Shown piece after piece: positions 60,424-64,000 of a stretch of DNA of 64,000 nucleotides. The number at the start of each line of letters is the position of its first letter. The stretch's first letter is position 1. Origin of the DNA: a virus; the IMG/VR virus record IMGVR_UViG_3300005573_000071, positions 1 to 64,000 of that record. One strand, given 5' to 3'. Position numbers and translations under genes: made by a program. Under the pieces are notes generated by a model, which was not told the origin of the DNA, made no database searches, and saw nothing but the letters and a program-made list of their open reading frames with translations.

Positions 60424-60774
60424 ATGTTATCTGTTATGTTTGTTAAAGACAGTGTCAAAATCGATAGGGAAAGAGCAAACAAACTTGAAGAGTTCTTTGC
60501 AGATGCTTCAGGTTCTCGCGGTGTAGAAATCATAACAGACGATAACGGAAACTTAGTTAACATTGAACTCCACGAGTCTTGGGAACCTGATGATGCTATC
60601 CTATTCACAACCAAGTTGCAGACGTGCATAATTTCGGGTATTGTCGATCTGTATTTTGAGGACGAATACGGAAACAGAGATTGGATTAGAGTTTTTCCAA
60701 GAGATCTAGAGAAATCTCTTCACTTACGGCAAGAGTGGGTTTATACAGGCTCAATTTGGATGGACGAACTATAA
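60424..60774 (+). CDS. Acidic hypothetical protein (paralog of 60797-61156)
   Basis: Shared VKIDR..A..LEEFFA, ISG.VDLYFE. Confidence 0.7.
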   Translation: MLSVMFVKDSVKIDRERANKLEEFFADASGSRGVEIITDDNGNLVNIELHESWEPDDAILFTTKLQTCIISGIVDLYFEDEYGNRDWIRVFPRDLEKSLHLRQEWVYTGSIWMDEL

Positions 60775-60796
60775 AAAATGAGAAAGGAGTTTTGCT

Positions 60797-61156
60797 ATGA
60801 ATGCATATCTGAAATTTGAATTTGCTGATAACGTAAAAATAGACAGAGCAAAAGCAGACGAACTTGAAGAGTTCTTTGCTAGTAACAATACAGGCGTCTC
60901 AGGTTTTCGTGGTGTGAAAATCATAACAGACATCGACGAAAATTTGATTGATATTGAACTCGACGAGTACTGGAACGACTTTACAGACGCATATGTGTTC
61001 GCAAAGAAATTACAGGAGTGTGTAATCTCCGGTTTTGTCGATCTATATTTTGAGTACGAAGACGGAGACAGTGAGTGGATTCGCATTCTACCAAAGGATT
61101 TAAGTGACCTCCTTCATTTCCGCAGAGAATGGACTTTTGCTGGAAGAATTTATTAA
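60797..61156 (+). CDS. Acidic hypothetical protein (paralog of 60424-60774)
   Basis: AAGGAG RBS; full-length similarity to neighbour. Confidence 0.7.
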   Translation: MNAYLKFEFADNVKIDRAKADELEEFFASNNTGVSGFRGVKIITDIDENLIDIELDEYWNDFTDAYVFAKKLQECVISGFVDLYFEYEDGDSEWIRILPKDLSDLLHFRREWTFAGRIY

Positions 61157-61206
61157 GGATATTTAGAACTATTTTGTTGACAAACTAAAAAGAAAGGAGG
61201 TGAGAT

Positions 61207-61455
61207 ATGATAAACTTTCGGGATTTTTTAGAAGAGCAATTCAAAGATGAAGAATCTAAGATGAAGTTCAATGAAGGACTTAGAAAGCTACGTATTAAGG
61301 TAGGACTAGAATATCGCCGAGAGAGGGGTGCTCGAACAGAAGAAATTAAAAGAAGAAATTTAATGAGAAAAATGAGACTAAGGGATAAGTTTTTTGAAAA
61401 AAGAATGAAGGAAAGGGAGGTTAAAAGTGGAGAAAGACAACGTTCAGAGGAATGA
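61207..61455 (+). CDS. Small charged protein
   Basis: AAGGAGG RBS; N-terminus (NFRDFLEEQFKD.E) resembles the start of HTH antitoxin-like proteins. Confidence 0.5.
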   Translation: MINFRDFLEEQFKDEESKMKFNEGLRKLRIKVGLEYRRERGARTEEIKRRNLMRKMRLRDKFFEKRMKEREVKSGERQRSEE

Positions 61456-61607
61456 TGTCTTGTCTATTCCGAATTCTGAAATTCAGGAGAACCTAGAGGA
61501 AATTAGTAGCTCACTTTATTTATGGGCGCACTATGTAAAAACAATTTAAGATATGGAAGATAAGAAGAGTAAGAAGAACGCGAACAAAAGATAGAAGGGA
61601 GGTACTA

Positions 61608-61941
61608 TTGGAACTTAAGTCTATTACACTTTCTCTTGGTCCGCTTTTAGGTGTTCATAAAGAGTATGAGCCCGTAGCAAAGTCTATCGTGAAGAATATA
61701 TTGAGTAAATTCGGGGTTCGACACTTCGTTTGTAGACAAACTCGTTTCTATCAGAATCGATGGTAAGTTAGTAGTAGCAGTTTATGACCTCTCTGAGATG
61801 TTAGTTATCGACATAGAATCTATCCTTTCGGACGGCACGTTGCCTTCGCAATTGACTACCGATAAATTCGAGTGTAAGATTCGGTTCTCTACAGCACATA
61901 CATTAGAACTCACAATAAAAGAGAATGCAGCTAAATCTTAA
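61608..61941 (+). CDS. Hypothetical protein, frameshifted (+1 G at 61713-61716)
   Basis: GGGAGG RBS, TTG 61608; removing one G gives a 110-aa ORF whose stop overlaps the cheY 5' end. Confidence 0.55.
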
Positions 61942-62329
61942 GGTTAGAGTTCTTGTTGTTGATGATTTTCCGACGATGAGAAGGATCGTCAGAAACCTTC
62001 TTAGACAGTTAGGTTTCGAGAATGTTGACGAAGCAGAAAATGGAGAAGATGCTCTCAAGAAACTTCGAAGTGCTGAGTATGGACTTGTAGTATCAGACTG
62101 GAACATGCCAGTTATGGAAGGCATAGAACTTTTAAAAAATGTTAGAAGTGACCCACAGCTTAAAGATATACCTTTCTTAATGGTCACAGCAGAAGCCGAA
62201 AAAGAAAAAGTAATTGAAGCAATAAAATCAGGAGTTGATAACTATATTGTTAAACCTTTCACAGGAGAAGTTTTAAAGGAAAAGCTTGAAAAAATTGCTC
62301 AGAAGAAGAGCGTACTGAGGTGTGATTGA
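61925..62329 (+). CDS. cheY: Chemotaxis response regulator CheY
   Basis: LVVDDFPTMRRIV, SDWNMP.M.G, LMVTAEA, YIVKPFT: all active-site residues intact. Confidence 0.93.
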   Translation: MQLNLKVRVLVVDDFPTMRRIVRNLLRQLGFENVDEAENGEDALKKLRSAEYGLVVSDWNMPVMEGIELLKNVRSDPQLKDIPFLMVTAEAEKEKVIEAIKSGVDNYIVKPFTGEVLKEKLEKIAQKKSVLRCD

Positions 62330-62555
62330 TATGAGACGCTTACAGCGGTATGTTGCATTAGTTGTGGTAGAAGATAGTTCAGGAAGATCGAAGATACTTC
62401 GAGTTATCGACAGTATAGACGAAGAGGCTGTTTACGAATGCCTCGCCAATGAGTATCAAGATTTTATGTTAGCTGCAGTAGTTCTAACTGTGGATGAGTT
62501 TCGGAGACTGCAATCCTTGAATCCTGACGAGACACTTCTCCTATCCGTCAACTAA
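62322..62555 (+). CDS. Hypothetical protein
   Basis: Coupled to cheY, GAGG RBS. Confidence 0.55.
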   Translation: MIDMRRLQRYVALVVVEDSSGRSKILRVIDSIDEEAVYECLANEYQDFMLAAVVLTVDEFRRLQSLNPDETLLLSVN

Positions 62556-62623
62556 CAACAAACGTATAAGAAAAATAACTATGCCTTCGTTGAAGGCATA
62601 TATCTTTTATATGGAGGTATAGT

Positions 62624-62965
62624 ATGAGTGGAGTAAAGAAGCAATTAGTTAAAAGTGCGTACCTTGCACTTAAAGATTGCTTAAGTGCTTGGTTACGTAT
62701 TGACATAAGCAAAGAGGAAGAAGCGGAAGTCAGGGACACTTATAACTTCTTGTCGGAAGTCGTAGTTCTAATAGAAAGAGATGAAGCAGACCTGGAGAAG
62801 TTAGTGCACCAATTGTTAGCTAGCCGTAAAAACTATGCTACACAACTTCAGACGTTGAAAAAGAATGTAGAACAGAAGCAGATTCAGCATAAGATGGTAG
62901 ATCAGCTTGTTAAGAGCTACGAGACGTTGCTTCAACGAATCGATATGTTAAGGATGTCACGATGA
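62624..62965 (+). CDS. Coiled-coil hypothetical protein
   Basis: GGAGG RBS; coupled to ATPase gene. Confidence 0.6.
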   Translation: MSGVKKQLVKSAYLALKDCLSAWLRIDISKEEEAEVRDTYNFLSEVVVLIERDEADLEKLVHQLLASRKNYATQLQTLKKNVEQKQIQHKMVDQLVKSYETLLQRIDMLRMSR

Positions 62966-64000
62966 AGCTTACTTTGAGGAATTTCCAGTGTCATAAGCAT
63001 GCGGAGTTAGAACTGAGTCCTCTAACGTTCTTAATAGGTCCAAGTAATACGGGTAAGAGTGCATACGTTCGTGCTATCGGATTTCTTACGGGTCAACTTT
63101 CGTTAGGCGCTAGCCGACTTGTCACTCGTGGACAGAAAACGATGTCGGTGAGCCTACAAACAGATTCACATATATACGAGCGGATGCTCGACAAAGACGG
63201 TGTGCACTGTAAGCTTGACGATACAGTGTACCCTCGAATGGGAGTTAACGTACCAGATGAGTTCACAAAACTCGCAACTATTCAGTTTCAGTTCGAGCCG
63301 TTCTTCTTAGTAACAGATGCACCATCTGATGTATTCAAAAAGATATCTACTGTACTGGATCTCGAGAAGTTGGATAATCTCACGAAATTGATTACATCTG
63401 ACGTCAACGCTCTAAGATCCTCTTTGAAAGTAGACATTGAGTCTTATCAAGAACTTACACAACGCTTACATATTGTTGAGAACATTCACAATCAATATAG
63501 AGTACTAGAACAGATTAAGTTCGCTACACTACTTTCGCTTACCAACGACTTTCGGAAGAGGCTGATCGATCTATATAGAACTAAACTTCAACTTCTCAAA
63601 CAACTCTGGAAGACGCACGTATACTATATCTACACTAAGTTACTCTTTCTGCTGAAAGCACTCCAGCAGTTACGGTACTGGAAGACTATTGTACTAACGC
63701 AGAAGCTACGATTGTTGAATCAGCTGTATGCCCACATAAAAGTGTTGCACGTCTACAAACTACGAATCTGGATCTATAGATGTTGTATGCTTATACATCT
63801 ATTTGATCGAGTACAGAGTCTGATAAAAGCGATTATACACAGTCGAGTATTGTTAAACTTACGGAAACTACTGTTATATTTAGTCTACATAAAACAGCGT
63901 GAGAAATATGTTGGCCTTCGACTTTCCTACGGAATTTACGGTTTATATTTACACTTGTTACGTCTAACTCAGACCGCTCAACTCGAACGGCTTGAGGATT
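62962..64000 (+). CDS. SbcC/Rad50/gp46-like ATPase, N-terminal part (runs off window)
   Basis: Hand-translated MKLTLRNFQCHK...LIGPSNTGKS; Q-loop QFQFEPFFL; open to end of window. Confidence 0.8.
   Translation, partial: MKLTLRNFQCHKHAELELSPLTFLIGPSNTGKSAYVRAIGFLTGQLSLGASRLVTRGQKTMSVSLQTDSHIYERMLDKDGVHCKLDDTVYPRMGVNVPDEFTKLATIQFQFEPFFLVTDAPSDVFKKISTVLDLEKLDNLTKLITSDVNALRSSLKVDIESYQELTQRLHIVENIHNQYRVLEQIKFATLLSLTNDFRKRLIDLYRTKLQLLKQLWKTHVYYIYTKLLFLLKALQQLRYWKTIVLTQKLRLLNQLYAHIKVLHVYKLRIWIYRCCMLIHLFDRVQSLIKAIIHSRVLLNLRKLLLYLVYIKQREKYVGLRLSYGIYGLYLHLLRLTQTAQLERLED

Noticed and set aside
1-64000. Alternative genetic code (stop reassignment)
   Set aside because: TAA, TAG and TGA all terminate full-length conserved genes and coding density is high under the standard code

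Overview
This window is part of a large, AT-rich, contractile-tailed phage genome. It carries a T4-type morphogenesis set in scrambled order: tail sheath, two tube-like proteins, gp6-like wedge, neck, large terminase, gp20-like portal, gp21-like protease and gp23-like capsid. It also encodes TWO multisubunit RNA polymerase cores: beta'/beta at 23.5-30.3 kb, and beta' plus a split beta at 36.1-42.0 kb. Other content: class III ribonucleotide reductase (nrdD/nrdG), DnaB-like and SNF2 helicases, a Holliday junction resolvase, FolE, an AEP primase-like domain, a stand-alone LigD phosphoesterase, and a holin/endolysin/two-spanin cassette (diderm host). An accessory region at 54-63 kb holds glycosyltransferases, an FG-GAP propeller and a host-like CheY. 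Reading the intergenic DNA shows a recurrent GAACA motif 10-75 nt upstream of about 12 structural or late-type genes, a probable phage-RNAP late promoter. One copy sits in the loop of a perfect 16-bp hairpin that hides the Shine-Dalgarno of an AcrIII-1/DUF1874-like gene lacking its catalytic His. Two more apparently inactivated enzyme folds are present (RNase H, Hint/intein). Four genes are broken by single-base insertions. No tRNA, rRNA, CRISPR array or transposase was seen. All family calls come from motif recognition by eye; no database searches were run.
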